From: Bacteroidales bacterium
GTDB taxonomy: Bacteria; Bacteroidota; Bacteroidia; Bacteroidales; WCHB1-69
Direction: 5' to 3'
Length of the DNA: 64,000 nucleotides
Assembly (NCBI GenBank): GCA_047638115.1
Contig: JBLJBB010000057.1
Location: forward strand, 15,686-79,685
Shown here one piece after another: positions 1 through 9,866 of this stretch; within the stretch, counting starts at the first letter, position 1, and every line of letters starts with the position of its first letter. The translations under genes and the position numbers were made by a program. Below the pieces are notes generated by a model. It ran no database searches. It saw only the letters and a list, made by a program, of their open reading frames with translations, and was not told the origin of the DNA.

Positions 1-975
1 AACTTTTTCAGCCATAAACTGAAAACTCCCTTTTTGGTTGATGGTTCCGGCAAAAACTTTAGAATCTTTCTCTTTCAATACAGGGACAGATTCTCCTGTT
101 AACATGCTTTCATCCACATAAGAGGATCCCTCTGTGAGAGTTCCATCCACGGGGATCTTCTCACCCGGTTTCACTAAAACGATCATTTTTGGGGTTAACT
201 CTTGTATAGGAATCTCAATTTGTTGAAGATTTTCATCGATAATAGTCACAGCAGTAGGTTGCAGTCCCATCAGCTTTTGAATGGCAGCCGAAGTGTTTCC
301 CTTGGCACGCTCCTCCAGAAGTTTGCCGAGTAAAATGAAAGTGATAATCACGGCAGAAGCTTCAAAATAGACATGACTCTCTAGACCTCTTGATGTCCAT
401 ACTTCTGGGAAAAGGGTATTAAAAACGCTAAAAATATAGGCCACGCCAGTACTAAGAGCTACGAGGGTGTCCATATTCGCACTTCTTTTAAGGGCGAGTT
501 TCCATGCATTTATAAAAAAGGATCTCCCAAAAATGAAGAGGACTGGAGTAGCTAAAATCCACATAATCCATTGAGAATAAGGGATATTCATAAAGAACAT
601 TCCGATAATAAAGAGAGGAACAGAAAAAATAGCAGCCCATAGGGTATCTTTTTTCAGTTTCTGGAATCTTTCTGACTTCTCTTTTTGGAAAGTCTCCTCT
701 TGAACTTTTTTTTCTCCCAGAATAATATCAAAACCGATCGACTGGATCTCTTTTTGAATCTGTTCTGGTGTAACTTTTTGAATATCAAAGGCCACTGTAA
801 GTGTTGAAGTAGCATAATTCACATTACTCAGTTGTACACCTGGGATCTGTTTCACTTTATTTTCCACACTCATCGCACAAGACGCGCAATGCATATTCAA
901 AACAGGGAAGGATGATTTAGAACTATTTGTTTGTATATCAGGTTGTTCTATACCTTTGTCATCATTTGTTTCCAT
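1..975 (-). CDS. Heavy-metal translocating P1B-type ATPase, N-terminal 325 codons (rest of gene lies beyond window start)
   Basis: Absent from the ORF track because it runs off the edge. Reverse complement from ATG at 975 reads METNDDKGIEQPD..FPVLNMHCASCAMSVENKVKQIPGV (HMA domain with CxxC), then TM helices and ..VKPGEKIPVDG..GSSYVDESMLTGESVPV. Open for all 975 nt. Metal specificity not assignable from this part. Confidence 0.85.
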   Translation of the reverse strand, partial: METNDDKGIEQPDIQTNSSKSSFPVLNMHCASCAMSVENKVKQIPGVQLSNVNYATSTLTVAFDIQKVTPEQIQKEIQSIGFDIILGEKKVQEETFQKEKSERFQKLKKDTLWAAIFSVPLFIIGMFFMNIPYSQWIMWILATPVLFIFGRSFFINAWKLALKRSANMDTLVALSTGVAYIFSVFNTLFPEVWTSRGLESHVYFEASAVIITFILLGKLLEERAKGNTSAAIQKLMGLQPTAVTIIDENLQQIEIPIQELTPKMIVLVKPGEKIPVDGTLTEGSSYVDESMLTGESVPVLKEKDSKVFAGTINQKGSFQFMAEKV

Positions 976-1001
976 TTTTAAAGTTTGTTTTCTTGGTTCT
1001 G

Positions 1002-1009
1002 CAAAAGTA
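1002..1009 (-). promoter_or_regulatory. Candidate -7 box (TAnnTTTG) for the P-type ATPase gene
   Basis: Minus-strand TACTTTTG, 26 nt upstream of ATG at 975. A second match (TATATTTG) lies at 1023-1030. Confidence 0.35.
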
Positions 1010-1065
1010 CGAAATTATTATGCAAATATATTTTTCAATATAGGATGTGGTTACAAATATTTGAT

Positions 1066-1073
1066 TATTTTTG
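1066..1073 (+). promoter_or_regulatory. Candidate -7 box for the helicase gene
   Basis: TATTTTTG, 103 nt upstream of ATG at 1177. Motif match only. Confidence 0.3.
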
Positions 1074-1176
1074 TGGCTACTAATTACTTTAAAAGATTCT
1101 ATGTTTGAGAATTAAATATCAAGATAATATGAATATGAAAAACAGAATCTATATACTCAAATAACTACTAAACATC

Positions 1177-2844
1177 ATGGAAGTAAAAAATTCACACACT
1201 TTAAAACTAAGAGACAGATTGGATATCAAAAATGAATTTCCAATAGATCAGGAGAATAAAGAGTTTAATTATGCGATTGATTTTATTCAAAACACAGAAA
1301 AAATTGTTTATATAACTGGGAAGGCGGGTACAGGAAAAACAACTTTTTTAAGGCATTTAAGGTCTATTACAAAAAAGAATACTATTGTTTTAGCCCCAAC
1401 TGGAGTTGCTGCGATTAATGCTGGTGGACAAACGATCCATTCATATTTTCAAATAAAGCCAGGTGTATATTTACCTTATGACAAACGTTTACGTTTTCAT
1501 GCAGACGCTAACGATCAAGATAAAAGCACCATTTATGACCATTTTAGATATTTCAAAGAGAAAAGTGAAACTATAAAAGCAACGGAATTGTTGATTATAG
1601 ATGAGATCTCTATGGTTCGTTGTGATCTTTTAGATTTGGTAGATAAAATTTTAAGATATTACAGACAAAACTATCATAAACCCTTTGGTGGAGTGCAAGT
1701 TGTTCTCATTGGAGATACCTTTCAGCTTCCACCTATCGCAGAACATGAACATTGGGAAATTTTAAAAACTTGTTATGATAGTGAGTTTTTCTTCAGTGCA
1801 CGGGTCATAATGGAAAACCCACCCGTTTATATCGAATTGAAAAAGATTTATCGCCAAAATGAGAGTGCTTTTATTGATATTTTAAATAAAATTAGGGTTA
1901 ATCAGGTTAATTTTGACGATCTGAATTTGTTAAATTCAAAATATCAACCCAACTTTGAACCTTCAGATAATGAAAAGTATATCATGTTAGCAACTCATAA
2001 TAAGATTGTTGATGAAACTAATTTGTCTAAATTGGAAGAGCTTCCAGGGGATATCTATGAATTTGAAGCATTGATTGATGGTGTATTTCCAGATTCTATA
2101 TTCCCTACTGAAAAAGTGTTACAACTTAAAATTGGAGCTCAAATTATCTTCATTAAAAACAATGCATCCAAAAATTATTACAATGGCAAAATTGGAATTA
2201 TTTCAGATTTTGCAGATAATAAGATTATTGTAACTGATGCTCATGGTGAAGAGATCTCTGTAGATCCTTATAAATGGGAGAATATTAGATTTAATTTGAA
2301 TAAGAAAACTCGAAAAATTGAAGAGGATGTTATTGGCACCTTCAGACAATTTCCTATTAAATTAGCTTGGGCTATCACCGTTCATAAAAGTCAGGGACTT
2401 ACTTTTGAGAAAGTTATTGCAGATATTGGTGGTGCTTTTGCACCGGGACAAGTTTATGTTGCATTAAGCCGATGCACATCTTTTAGTGGATTGGTGTTAA
2501 AATCAAAAATAAATTTTGGAGCCATCAAAACAAATCCCAAAGTGCTAGAATTTGCAAAAAATGAGATCAGTAATATTCAAATAGAGAAGGAGTTAAATTC
2601 TGGAAAAGCAGATTATTATTATGAGGAGAGTAGAAAAGCTTTTAAAGAGAAAAACTTTGAAAATTCTTTTGATTTTCTTATGAAAGCAATCAAGTGCCGA
2701 AATGATATGGAAACAGATCTTTTTAAACGATGGATTGTTGTAAATTTGAATCGTTTATCCGAAAATTCTGTTAAAATTATTGAAACGGAAAAGATATTTA
2801 GAATGAAAGTGAAACAAAGGGTGATTAAAAAATCAAAAGAATAA
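1177..2844 (+). CDS. Pif1/RecD-family SF1B DNA helicase
   Basis: Walker A GKAGTGKTT, Walker B LLIIDEISMV, QLPPI, and C-terminal WAITVHKSQGLTF..VYVALSRC motifs. Has an extra helical tail of about 95 aa. Confidence 0.8.
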   Translation: MEVKNSHTLKLRDRLDIKNEFPIDQENKEFNYAIDFIQNTEKIVYITGKAGTGKTTFLRHLRSITKKNTIVLAPTGVAAINAGGQTIHSYFQIKPGVYLPYDKRLRFHADANDQDKSTIYDHFRYFKEKSETIKATELLIIDEISMVRCDLLDLVDKILRYYRQNYHKPFGGVQVVLIGDTFQLPPIAEHEHWEILKTCYDSEFFFSARVIMENPPVYIELKKIYRQNESAFIDILNKIRVNQVNFDDLNLLNSKYQPNFEPSDNEKYIMLATHNKIVDETNLSKLEELPGDIYEFEALIDGVFPDSIFPTEKVLQLKIGAQIIFIKNNASKNYYNGKIGIISDFADNKIIVTDAHGEEISVDPYKWENIRFNLNKKTRKIEEDVIGTFRQFPIKLAWAITVHKSQGLTFEKVIADIGGAFAPGQVYVALSRCTSFSGLVLKSKINFGAIKTNPKVLEFAKNEISNIQIEKELNSGKADYYYEESRKAFKEKNFENSFDFLMKAIKCRNDMETDLFKRWIVVNLNRLSENSVKIIETEKIFRMKVKQRVIKKSKE

Positions 2845-2937
2845 TTTTTATGTTGTTAAAAATCAGGCATATATAAATTATTTTTTAGTTAAAAATCTCG
2901 TTTTGATTATTTTTGATCATTATCTAAAAAAGAGTTG

Positions 2938-2945
2938 TATCTTTG
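2938..2945 (+). promoter_or_regulatory. Candidate -7 box for the cold-shock gene (implies a ~90-nt 5' UTR)
   Basis: TATCTTTG, 90 nt upstream of ATG at 3036. Long leaders are typical of csp genes. Confidence 0.4.
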
Positions 2946-3035
2946 CTCGTTTTATAAATGTTGTGCAAGGGTTCTGCAATATTTATGATACACAAATTTT
3001 TAAACGTATTAGAACCCAGCAAAAATTTTTTTATT

Positions 3036-3227
3036 ATGAATACAGGAAAAGTAAAATTTTTCAATGCAACCAAAGGATTTGGATTTATTAAAGACGACAA
3101 AGATGGAAAAGAGTATTTCGTTCCAGCTTCTGGCTTAATCGATCAAATCACTGAAAATGATCTAGTTTCTTACGACCTTCAAGAAGGAAGAAGAGATTTA
3201 AACGCTGTCAATGTTAAAAAGATTTAA
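3036..3227 (+). CDS. Cold-shock protein (CspA-family cold-shock domain)
   Basis: MNTGKVKFFNATKGFGFIKDD.. with RNP1 KGFGFI, 63 aa. Internal ATG of ORF 2958..3227 chosen because the upstream part covers the promoter and leader. Confidence 0.85.
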   Translation: MNTGKVKFFNATKGFGFIKDDKDGKEYFVPASGLIDQITENDLVSYDLQEGRRDLNAVNVKKI

Positions 3228-3252
3228 TATATAGCACACAAAATCACATTTT

Positions 3253-3289
3253 AACACCCTAAAGTAGCAATATTTTAGGGTGTTTTTTT
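3253..3289 (+). terminator. Rho-independent terminator after csp
   Basis: Perfect 11-bp stem AACACCCTAAA / TTTAGGGTGTT with a 10-nt loop, followed by T7. Confidence 0.65.
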
Positions 3290-3294
3290 ATATT

Positions 3295-5562
3295 TTAAAA
3301 TCCTCTTTGTCCTCTTTGCGTAGCTGGAATCACAGCGGTTCTTTTCCTAACAGTTGGTGTAGATTTTGAAGCAGGTTTCGTAATAGGAGTAGTAGTTTTT
3401 GTACTTTTTGTATGACTAGTTTTTGATTTTGTTGTTGTTGGGTTACTTGTTTCTGGATGATTATTGGAAGGAGTTGAATTATCAGCTACATAATCACTCC
3501 CACCAGAAGAAGATCTTTTGTAATTTTTCATCGTTTTCACTCTACTGATCTTCGAAGAAAGATTGTGCCCTCCGGTTGTATAAAAATCATTAAACGTGAT
3601 TATAACTGAGGGAGTTTTCAAATATTTAGCCGATGAACCACTTAAACTATTTACAAAATAGTTCTTTACATCTTGCAAATTCAATCCCAGTAAATCTAGA
3701 TTATTCTTGCCAATGTGATTGATTAAATCTCTTACTTTTCTCGATTTTAGGAAAATTTGATACATCTCTTGTGTTTTGATCCGCTCCCCTCTAGGATATG
3801 CCAACATCTTAGCTAATGAATTAAATTCTGAATCAGACATTTTTTTAAGCAAGTTTCTAACTGTTACAAACTCTTTTCGCAACGATTCTTTAGAATTTTT
3901 CAAATAATCATCAATAATTCGCTCTTTTTGATCTTGAGAATAAGTGTAATTATATTGTTGCTCGTTTTTTTGTAATTGCTCCTCCAATTTTGATTTGTGG
4001 TATCCTTTGAATGTTTTACTAGTAACAGAGTCTGAAACAAAGGCAATTTGCTGGTCAGTTAACGTTTTAAAGAGATTTAATACATTTTTTACAGGGGTGA
4101 GTAGTAAATAGGGTTTGTTTTTTGGGAAAGCATTGTAGGTTTCCCCTTTGTAGGAGATTCCATTATCCATAAATAATTGATACAAAGCTGTATATTGAAC
4201 CACCCTCGCTAAATCTGTATTTCCTAACGTGGCAAAATAGTTGTACGCTTTCTTTTCATACGATCTTCCTATCGATTTACCGGACTCTGGAGAATTGAAG
4301 TATGATACAGGTAATGAACCGGTTCGATTGAGGGTGTATATGGTAACTTGATCTAAATCAATGGCATACATCGCATCTGCTGTATTCCAGTTGTACACAA
4401 GTTCATTGATTCCTAACATTTTAAAAAGTGGTTGACTAAAAGGAAAGTAGGGGGGATTAGGATATTGATAATTGGATTCCTGAATGGTCCCATTTTCAGA
4501 CCAGTCTTTTAAGAAAATATCTGTAATGGTCATTAAATGACCAAATTCTGTGTTTTCCAGTTCTTTGCTTAGATAGGTGGGGCACCAATCGCGGCCACTT
4601 TTCATTTTCCCTGCTAAAAAGTCATTAACATCCAAGCTTTGTGACAACTCTTTTTCGGTAACGGAAGCCAGTAAGAGGATCGATTCCACTTGCAAAGGAG
4701 GTAAAGTAGTTAAAGATGCTTCCCGTTCTCTCCCAATAATCACTAACATAGAGCTATCGGCTAAAGCACCAAGAATGAGATCTGCATCCAGTGTAAATTG
4801 ACGAATATAGTCTAGTTGATCTTTCAAATCACTTTTTTTCTCAATTGCCCAGGCCACAAAGCCAGGGTTTTCACTGAAAAAGACCCCTCTTTTTTGTGTT
4901 TTGAATATTTTGTCAACATTAAATTTTTGAGTAGTATCCTGTAGATCAATAAAAACCTCTTGATCTTCAATAAACCATTGATTAAATTCATACAATGAAA
5001 TCTGATAATCTAAATTATCTTTTGAAAAATAGACTCTTTCTTCTTTCACTGGCAAATTGGTCACCACAGGTTTGTAATCGGACAAATAGAGGAGTTTTGA
5101 CAATTGTTTTATTCTTAGTTCAATATTCTCATCCGTTGCATTTGCTACGGATATCATAATATCCTTAACAAAACCATCATATCCCATAGGATGTTTTACA
5201 ATTTCAACGGAGTGATTAAACTCAGAAAAAATGGATTTAATGGAATCCACTTCAAAATAGGGTGGTGGTTCAGAGATCACGATCAATTTACTGCTATCTG
5301 CAAATTTAGCAAGTGCAATCGTTTGAAAATGAAATCTAAAATGATCTCTAAAGTTTTTATAGGTGGAGTCTTTTTGTGTAAAAACATCTCTGGATTCTAG
5401 TGTCATATTTTGAATGGGTATAAACTCTGTTTTCAATAATTGTGCTGTTTCCCTTTTCACAAGATCACCAATCCTTGTGAAGTGCCAAAGTGAAACGCCT
5501 AGCAGTAGTAAGGAAACAAATGTGATAAGAAAAATGCTCTTTTTGCGATTTAAAAATCTCAT
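3295..5562 (-). CDS. Hypothetical N-terminally membrane-anchored protein with Ser/Thr/Pro/Lys-rich C-terminal tail
   Basis: 755-aa ORF with one N-terminal TM (IFLITFVSLLLLGVSLW). Last ~90 aa are low complexity (TSNPTTTKSKTSHTKSTKTTTPITKPASKSTP). Only 2 nt from the aroB stop. No family recognised. Confidence 0.6.
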   Translation of the reverse strand: MRFLNRKKSIFLITFVSLLLLGVSLWHFTRIGDLVKRETAQLLKTEFIPIQNMTLESRDVFTQKDSTYKNFRDHFRFHFQTIALAKFADSSKLIVISEPPPYFEVDSIKSIFSEFNHSVEIVKHPMGYDGFVKDIMISVANATDENIELRIKQLSKLLYLSDYKPVVTNLPVKEERVYFSKDNLDYQISLYEFNQWFIEDQEVFIDLQDTTQKFNVDKIFKTQKRGVFFSENPGFVAWAIEKKSDLKDQLDYIRQFTLDADLILGALADSSMLVIIGREREASLTTLPPLQVESILLLASVTEKELSQSLDVNDFLAGKMKSGRDWCPTYLSKELENTEFGHLMTITDIFLKDWSENGTIQESNYQYPNPPYFPFSQPLFKMLGINELVYNWNTADAMYAIDLDQVTIYTLNRTGSLPVSYFNSPESGKSIGRSYEKKAYNYFATLGNTDLARVVQYTALYQLFMDNGISYKGETYNAFPKNKPYLLLTPVKNVLNLFKTLTDQQIAFVSDSVTSKTFKGYHKSKLEEQLQKNEQQYNYTYSQDQKERIIDDYLKNSKESLRKEFVTVRNLLKKMSDSEFNSLAKMLAYPRGERIKTQEMYQIFLKSRKVRDLINHIGKNNLDLLGLNLQDVKNYFVNSLSGSSAKYLKTPSVIITFNDFYTTGGHNLSSKISRVKTMKNYKRSSSGGSDYVADNSTPSNNHPETSNPTTTKSKTSHTKSTKTTTPITKPASKSTPTVRKRTAVIPATQRGQRGF

Positions 5563-5564
5563 AA

Positions 5565-6608
5565 TTATTTGGCAGAAAGTGTATCAACAATGATTTTGTG
5601 AGTGATAGGTATATTGTAAATAGGGAACCCAATATCATTTAATAAAGTGCTCAATATTTTACCATCTTTATTTTTTTTGTCTTGTAACGTAAAATCTGCA
5701 ATTATGGATGCATCAGCAACTGAAAATGAGGGGATAGAGTATAAACTTTTTAGAACTTTTTGAATCTCCTTAGTTTTTGCATCAGATAACATATTCAGTT
5801 TTCGTGAAATCTCCACTTCGTAATAGATCCCAATGGCAACTGCAACTCCATGGGAAACTTGTGTTCCTGATTGGGCATAAAAACTCTCTAAAGCATGACC
5901 AATGGTGTGTCCAAAATTCAATATTCTCCGAATTCCTTCATCTTTAGGATCTTGTGCTACAATTTTATTCTTGAAGGATGCTATTTGGGAAATCATTGAT
6001 CCATCTATTAATGATTCTAAGTGTATTTGGGGATTATGTATAACTTTTTTTGAAATATTATTCCAAACATCAGGAAGTCCAATCAAGGCAGATTTTATCA
6101 ACTCAGCAAATCCATTCAGGAATTGATTGTTAGGTAATGTTTTAAGAAAGTTTATGTCAACAATCACTTCATCTGGGAAATAGACACTTCCAAGCACATT
6201 TTTAATATGTTGAAAGTTAACCCCATTTTTGCCACCATGAGCAGCATCAACCATAGCTAAAAGAGTTGTAGGTATGTTGATAAGTTTAACGCCTCTTTTA
6301 TAAAAAGCTGCTACAAAACCACCAATATCACTAATGGTTCCCCCTCCCAAATTGATGATCAGACTGCTCTTTTCAAACTTATTTTCAATCAAGAAATCAA
6401 AAATTTGCATGACTGTATTCATCCCTTTCGTTTCCTCAGAGGCTTGGATAGGGAATAAGAGGAATTGAGTGTTGCAGTTTTTTTCAGTAAGTGAAGCTAC
6501 ATAATCAGGATACAACTTCAAAACTAACGCATCACAAAGAATTAAAACTTTAGTAATTTGCAGTTTATCAATATATGGTTGTATTTGATCAGGCAAATTC
6601 TCTATCAT
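5565..6608 (-). CDS. aroB: 3-dehydroquinate synthase
   Basis: GGGTISDIGGF, NIPTTLLAMVDAAHGGKNGVN and LNFGHTIGHALE motifs. 347 aa. Confidence 0.85.
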   Translation of the reverse strand: MIENLPDQIQPYIDKLQITKVLILCDALVLKLYPDYVASLTEKNCNTQFLLFPIQASEETKGMNTVMQIFDFLIENKFEKSSLIINLGGGTISDIGGFVAAFYKRGVKLINIPTTLLAMVDAAHGGKNGVNFQHIKNVLGSVYFPDEVIVDINFLKTLPNNQFLNGFAELIKSALIGLPDVWNNISKKVIHNPQIHLESLIDGSMISQIASFKNKIVAQDPKDEGIRRILNFGHTIGHALESFYAQSGTQVSHGVAVAIGIYYEVEISRKLNMLSDAKTKEIQKVLKSLYSIPSFSVADASIIADFTLQDKKNKDGKILSTLLNDIGFPIYNIPITHKIIVDTLSAK

Positions 6609-6610
6609 TG

Positions 6611-7300
6611 CTATCTTCTATTTAAAAAGATAGAGATGTAATACAACAGAGTTGCTAATGATGCGAGTGCTGCAACAACATAAGTTCTGGCAGCCCATTT
6701 TAATGCATCCTGTGCATGGGTTGATTCTTGTCCAGAGGTGATCCCAGCTTGATTTAACCATGCTAACGCTCTGCGTGAAGCATCATACTCCACAGGAAGT
6801 GTAACGAATGAGAAGATCGTTGTTAAAGAGAATAGGATAATTCCTGCCAATAATAACCATTGACCAAAAATTGGAGCTGAATTTAATAATATAATCCCAC
6901 CAAATAGAATCCATTGTGCCCAGTTTGACCCAAAATGCACTACAGGAACCATAGATGATCTCATGGTTAACCATTGATAAGCAGTGGCGTGTTGCACAGC
7001 ATGGCCACACTCGTGAGCAGCTACTGCAGCGGCAGAAATACTGTTACTGCTATACACTGATTCACTCAAATTTACTGTTTTGGTTGCGGGGTTATAATGA
7101 TCTGTTAAATGTCCACGTGTACTTGTAACTTGAACATCATAAATTCCGTTATCCCTTAGCATTTTTTCAGCTATTTCCCGTCCTGTCATGCCAGAACGTA
7201 AGGGTAATTTAGAATACTTGTTAAATTTAGATTTTAAAGTTTGTCCAACGGCTAGACTAAGTAGCATGAATACACCGAAAATAATCCAATACGACACCAT
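6611..7300 (-). CDS. Membrane zinc metallopeptidase (YugP/PF04298-like)
   Basis: HECGHAVQH zinc motif, N-terminal TM and two C-terminal TM helices. 229 aa. Confidence 0.75.
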   Translation of the reverse strand: MVSYWIIFGVFMLLSLAVGQTLKSKFNKYSKLPLRSGMTGREIAEKMLRDNGIYDVQVTSTRGHLTDHYNPATKTVNLSESVYSSNSISAAAVAAHECGHAVQHATAYQWLTMRSSMVPVVHFGSNWAQWILFGGIILLNSAPIFGQWLLLAGIILFSLTTIFSFVTLPVEYDASRRALAWLNQAGITSGQESTHAQDALKWAARTYVVAALASLATLLYYISIFLNRR

Positions 7301-7349
7301 AATTTATTGTTTTTTAAGTTAATTTTTCTTATTTGTTAATTTGATACTG

Positions 7350-7357
7350 CAAAAATA
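7350..7357 (-). promoter_or_regulatory. Candidate -7 box for the Zn-peptidase/aroB/755-aa operon
   Basis: Minus-strand TATTTTTG, 49 nt upstream of ATG at 7300. Confidence 0.4.
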
Positions 7358-7370
7358 CATTGTTTTTTTG

Positions 7371-7378
7371 TATTTTTG
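7371..7378 (+). promoter_or_regulatory. Candidate -7 box for the M49-like peptidase gene
   Basis: TATTTTTG, 46 nt upstream of ATG at 7425. Divergent to the box at 7350-7357. Confidence 0.4.
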
Positions 7379-7424
7379 AGTTCGATTTTTTATAACGATA
7401 TTTATCAACTAAAATTATATATTT

Positions 7425-9068
7425 ATGAAAAAAATGTTTATTATTTTAACATGTGTTTCAGGATTAGTGATCTGTTTTTCAGCATGTAAGAAAAAAGAAC
7501 CCACTCCAGTAAAAGTAAAAAGTGAAATCGAGAAAAAAGTGGAAGAGTTTGCTTTTGTTGATCTTACTGCGCCTGAATTAGTAGCACAACTGTCAGAAAA
7601 TGGAAAACAACTGATCCCTATCTTCATTCAAATAGCAGATATTATGGATCAATTATTCTGGAAACAAACTTTTGGAGATAAAAAAATCCTGGATACAATT
7701 CAAGATCCTTTTATGAAAGATTTTGCTATGATTAACTACGGACCATGGGAACAATTGAATAATGACAAACCTTTCGTACCAGGTTTTGGACCAAAACCAA
7801 AAGGGTGTCAATACTATCCCATTGATATGACTCAAGAAGAATTTGATGCATTTTCAGACAAAAATAAAAACAGCTTATATACTGTTCTAAGACGCGATGA
7901 AGCTGGAAAACTTAAAGTGGTTTGGTACAAAGATGAGTATAAAGAGGAGATCACTAAAGTTTGTGAACTACTTGATCAAGCTATTGAATTAGCAGAGGAT
8001 GCAGGATTACGTAATTATCTTATAGAACGTAAAAAAGCTTTCTTAACCGACGATTATTTTGCGAGCGATTTAGCTTGGATGGATATGAAAAATAGTAAAA
8101 TTGACTTTGTTGTTGGGCCTATCGAGAATTATGATGATAAATATGAGATCAAAGCAGCATATGAGGCATTCATTTTATTGAAGGATGAAAAAAGGAGTGC
8201 TGATTTAGCTAAATTTGTTTCCTTTTTACCTCAACTTCAAAAAGAGCTCCCTTGTGAACCCAAATACAAAACATTTGTTCCTGGAACATCATCTGATTTA
8301 AATGTTTACAATGCTGTGTATTATGCAGGTGATTGTAATGCAGGTAGTAAAACGATTGCTATTAATTTACCTAACGACAATAGAGTGGCAAAAGCTAAGG
8401 GCTCTCGTCGTTTACAGTTAAGAAATAGCATGCAAGCTAAATTTGATAAAATATTGATGCCTATTGGTGAGCTCATTATTGTTCCAAGTCAACAAAAACA
8501 TCTAAAATTTGATGCTTTCTTCTGGAATGTTACCTTCCATGAAGTGGCTCATGGATTGGGAGTTAAGAATACCATTATTGGAAATAAAGATATTGACTTA
8601 GTGATGAAAGATGAGAAAACATCCTGGGAAGAAGCTAAAGCTGACATTTTAGGTCTTTTTATGGTGAATAAATTGATTGACATGGGTGAAATTACCAATA
8701 TCACGAAAGAGGATGCAATGGTAACTTATATTGCTGGAATTCTTCGTTCTGTAAGATTTGGAGCAGCAAGTTCTCATGGAAAAGCGAACATGATGTGTTT
8801 CAATTTTATGGAAAAGGAGGGCGCTTTTACACGTGATGCAAATGGTCAATATATTATCGATTTTGAAAAAGCATACAAAGCAATGAATGCTTGGGCTGAA
8901 CTTATTATCAAAACTCAAGGGGATGGTAATGTTGAATTTGCATCTAAATTTAGAGCTGAAAACGGAACGATTAAACCTGCACTGCAAAAAGATTTAGATA
9001 AAATCAATAATGCTGGAATACCTAGAGATATTCGATTTAATCAAGGACTAAAACAACTTGGTTTATAA
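7425..9068 (+). CDS. M49 (DPP III-like) family zinc hydrolase, lipoprotein
   Basis: Lipoprotein signal (..VICFSAC), HEVAHG zinc motif plus downstream EEAKAD second motif as in the DPP III-like family. 547 aa. Confidence 0.65.
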   Translation: MKKMFIILTCVSGLVICFSACKKKEPTPVKVKSEIEKKVEEFAFVDLTAPELVAQLSENGKQLIPIFIQIADIMDQLFWKQTFGDKKILDTIQDPFMKDFAMINYGPWEQLNNDKPFVPGFGPKPKGCQYYPIDMTQEEFDAFSDKNKNSLYTVLRRDEAGKLKVVWYKDEYKEEITKVCELLDQAIELAEDAGLRNYLIERKKAFLTDDYFASDLAWMDMKNSKIDFVVGPIENYDDKYEIKAAYEAFILLKDEKRSADLAKFVSFLPQLQKELPCEPKYKTFVPGTSSDLNVYNAVYYAGDCNAGSKTIAINLPNDNRVAKAKGSRRLQLRNSMQAKFDKILMPIGELIIVPSQQKHLKFDAFFWNVTFHEVAHGLGVKNTIIGNKDIDLVMKDEKTSWEEAKADILGLFMVNKLIDMGEITNITKEDAMVTYIAGILRSVRFGAASSHGKANMMCFNFMEKEGAFTRDANGQYIIDFEKAYKAMNAWAELIIKTQGDGNVEFASKFRAENGTIKPALQKDLDKINNAGIPRDIRFNQGLKQLGL

Positions 9069-9134
9069 TCAGAACAACACGATTTTTGAAAACATTTATT
9101 TGATTTTAATCTAATAAATCTGTTAGTTTCATAA

Positions 9135-9173
9135 AATAGTGATATTAATTTTTTATTGATATCACTATTTTTT
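9135..9173 (+). terminator. Rho-independent terminator after the peptidase gene
   Basis: Perfect 11-bp stem AATAGTGATAT / ATATCACTATT running into a T-run. Confidence 0.6.
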
Positions 9174-9175
9174 AT

Positions 9176-9183
9176 TATCTTTG
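9176..9183 (+). promoter_or_regulatory. Candidate -7 box abutting the crp/fnr start (leaderless or near-leaderless mRNA)
   Basis: TATCTTTG ends 4 nt before ATG at 9188. Confidence 0.4.
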
Positions 9184-9187
9184 TGGA

Positions 9188-9865
9188 ATGAAACACGATT
9201 GTATCGATTGCCCTTATAAATCTCAAGCATCCAAAACATTGGATGAAAATGGTATGGCAAAGCTTACTGCTAACCATGTTGCCGTGAGTTTTGCAAAAGG
9301 GGACACCATTATCAAACAAGGAAACTACACTACAAATGTAGCTTTCTTACGAAAAGGGTTTGTTAAAATCCACATAACTGGTCCAGCTGGAGAACATATC
9401 ACCCGTTTGGCAAAAGCACCTACACATTTAGGGCTTCCAACCACTTTTGGAGTAAATATAAATCAATACTCCGTTACGGCTATTTCTGATGTGGAAGTTT
9501 GCTTTATCGATTTTAACACATTTCTCTCATTTTTACATGAAAATACAGCATTTTCATACCAGATTATTTTAGAATTGTGCAACAACGAGCTAGAATCTTA
9601 TCGGAGATGTGTCAACAGAACTCAGAAACAGACACGAGGAAATGTGGCAGATATTTTATTAGAGTTTTCTGGAGAGATCTACAATTCAGATACCTTCACG
9701 ATGCCCTTAAACCAAACTGAAATTGGCACTATGTGTGATTCTACGAGAGAGAGCATCAGTCGTATTTTATCTGAGTATGAAAAAGATGGAATCATCACCA
9801 TTCAGGGTAAAACAGTGACGATACTTAATAAAAAGTCGTTGGAGATGATCAGCAAAAACGGGTAA
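9188..9865 (+). CDS. Crp/Fnr-family transcriptional regulator
   Basis: cNMP-binding-like fold (GDTIIKQGNYTTNVAFLRKGFVKI), C-terminal HTH (TRESISRILSEYEKDGII) and an N-terminal Cys pair (CIDC). Confidence 0.8.
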   Translation: MKHDCIDCPYKSQASKTLDENGMAKLTANHVAVSFAKGDTIIKQGNYTTNVAFLRKGFVKIHITGPAGEHITRLAKAPTHLGLPTTFGVNINQYSVTAISDVEVCFIDFNTFLSFLHENTAFSYQIILELCNNELESYRRCVNRTQKQTRGNVADILLEFSGEIYNSDTFTMPLNQTEIGTMCDSTRESISRILSEYEKDGIITIQGKTVTILNKKSLEMISKNG

Positions 9866-9866
9866 T

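Noticed and set aside
1177-2844. Pif1-like helicase as a component of a defence system
   Set aside because: It stands alone between a metal ATPase and csp, with no nuclease, methylase or other partner. Stand-alone Pif1 homologues are common in Bacteroidota.
2903-3091. 62-aa ORF and the 26-codon N-terminal extension of the cold-shock ORF (2958..)
   Set aside because: They overlap the promoter box and 5' UTR of csp. The canonical CSD begins at the internal ATG at 3036 (MNTGKVKFFN..).
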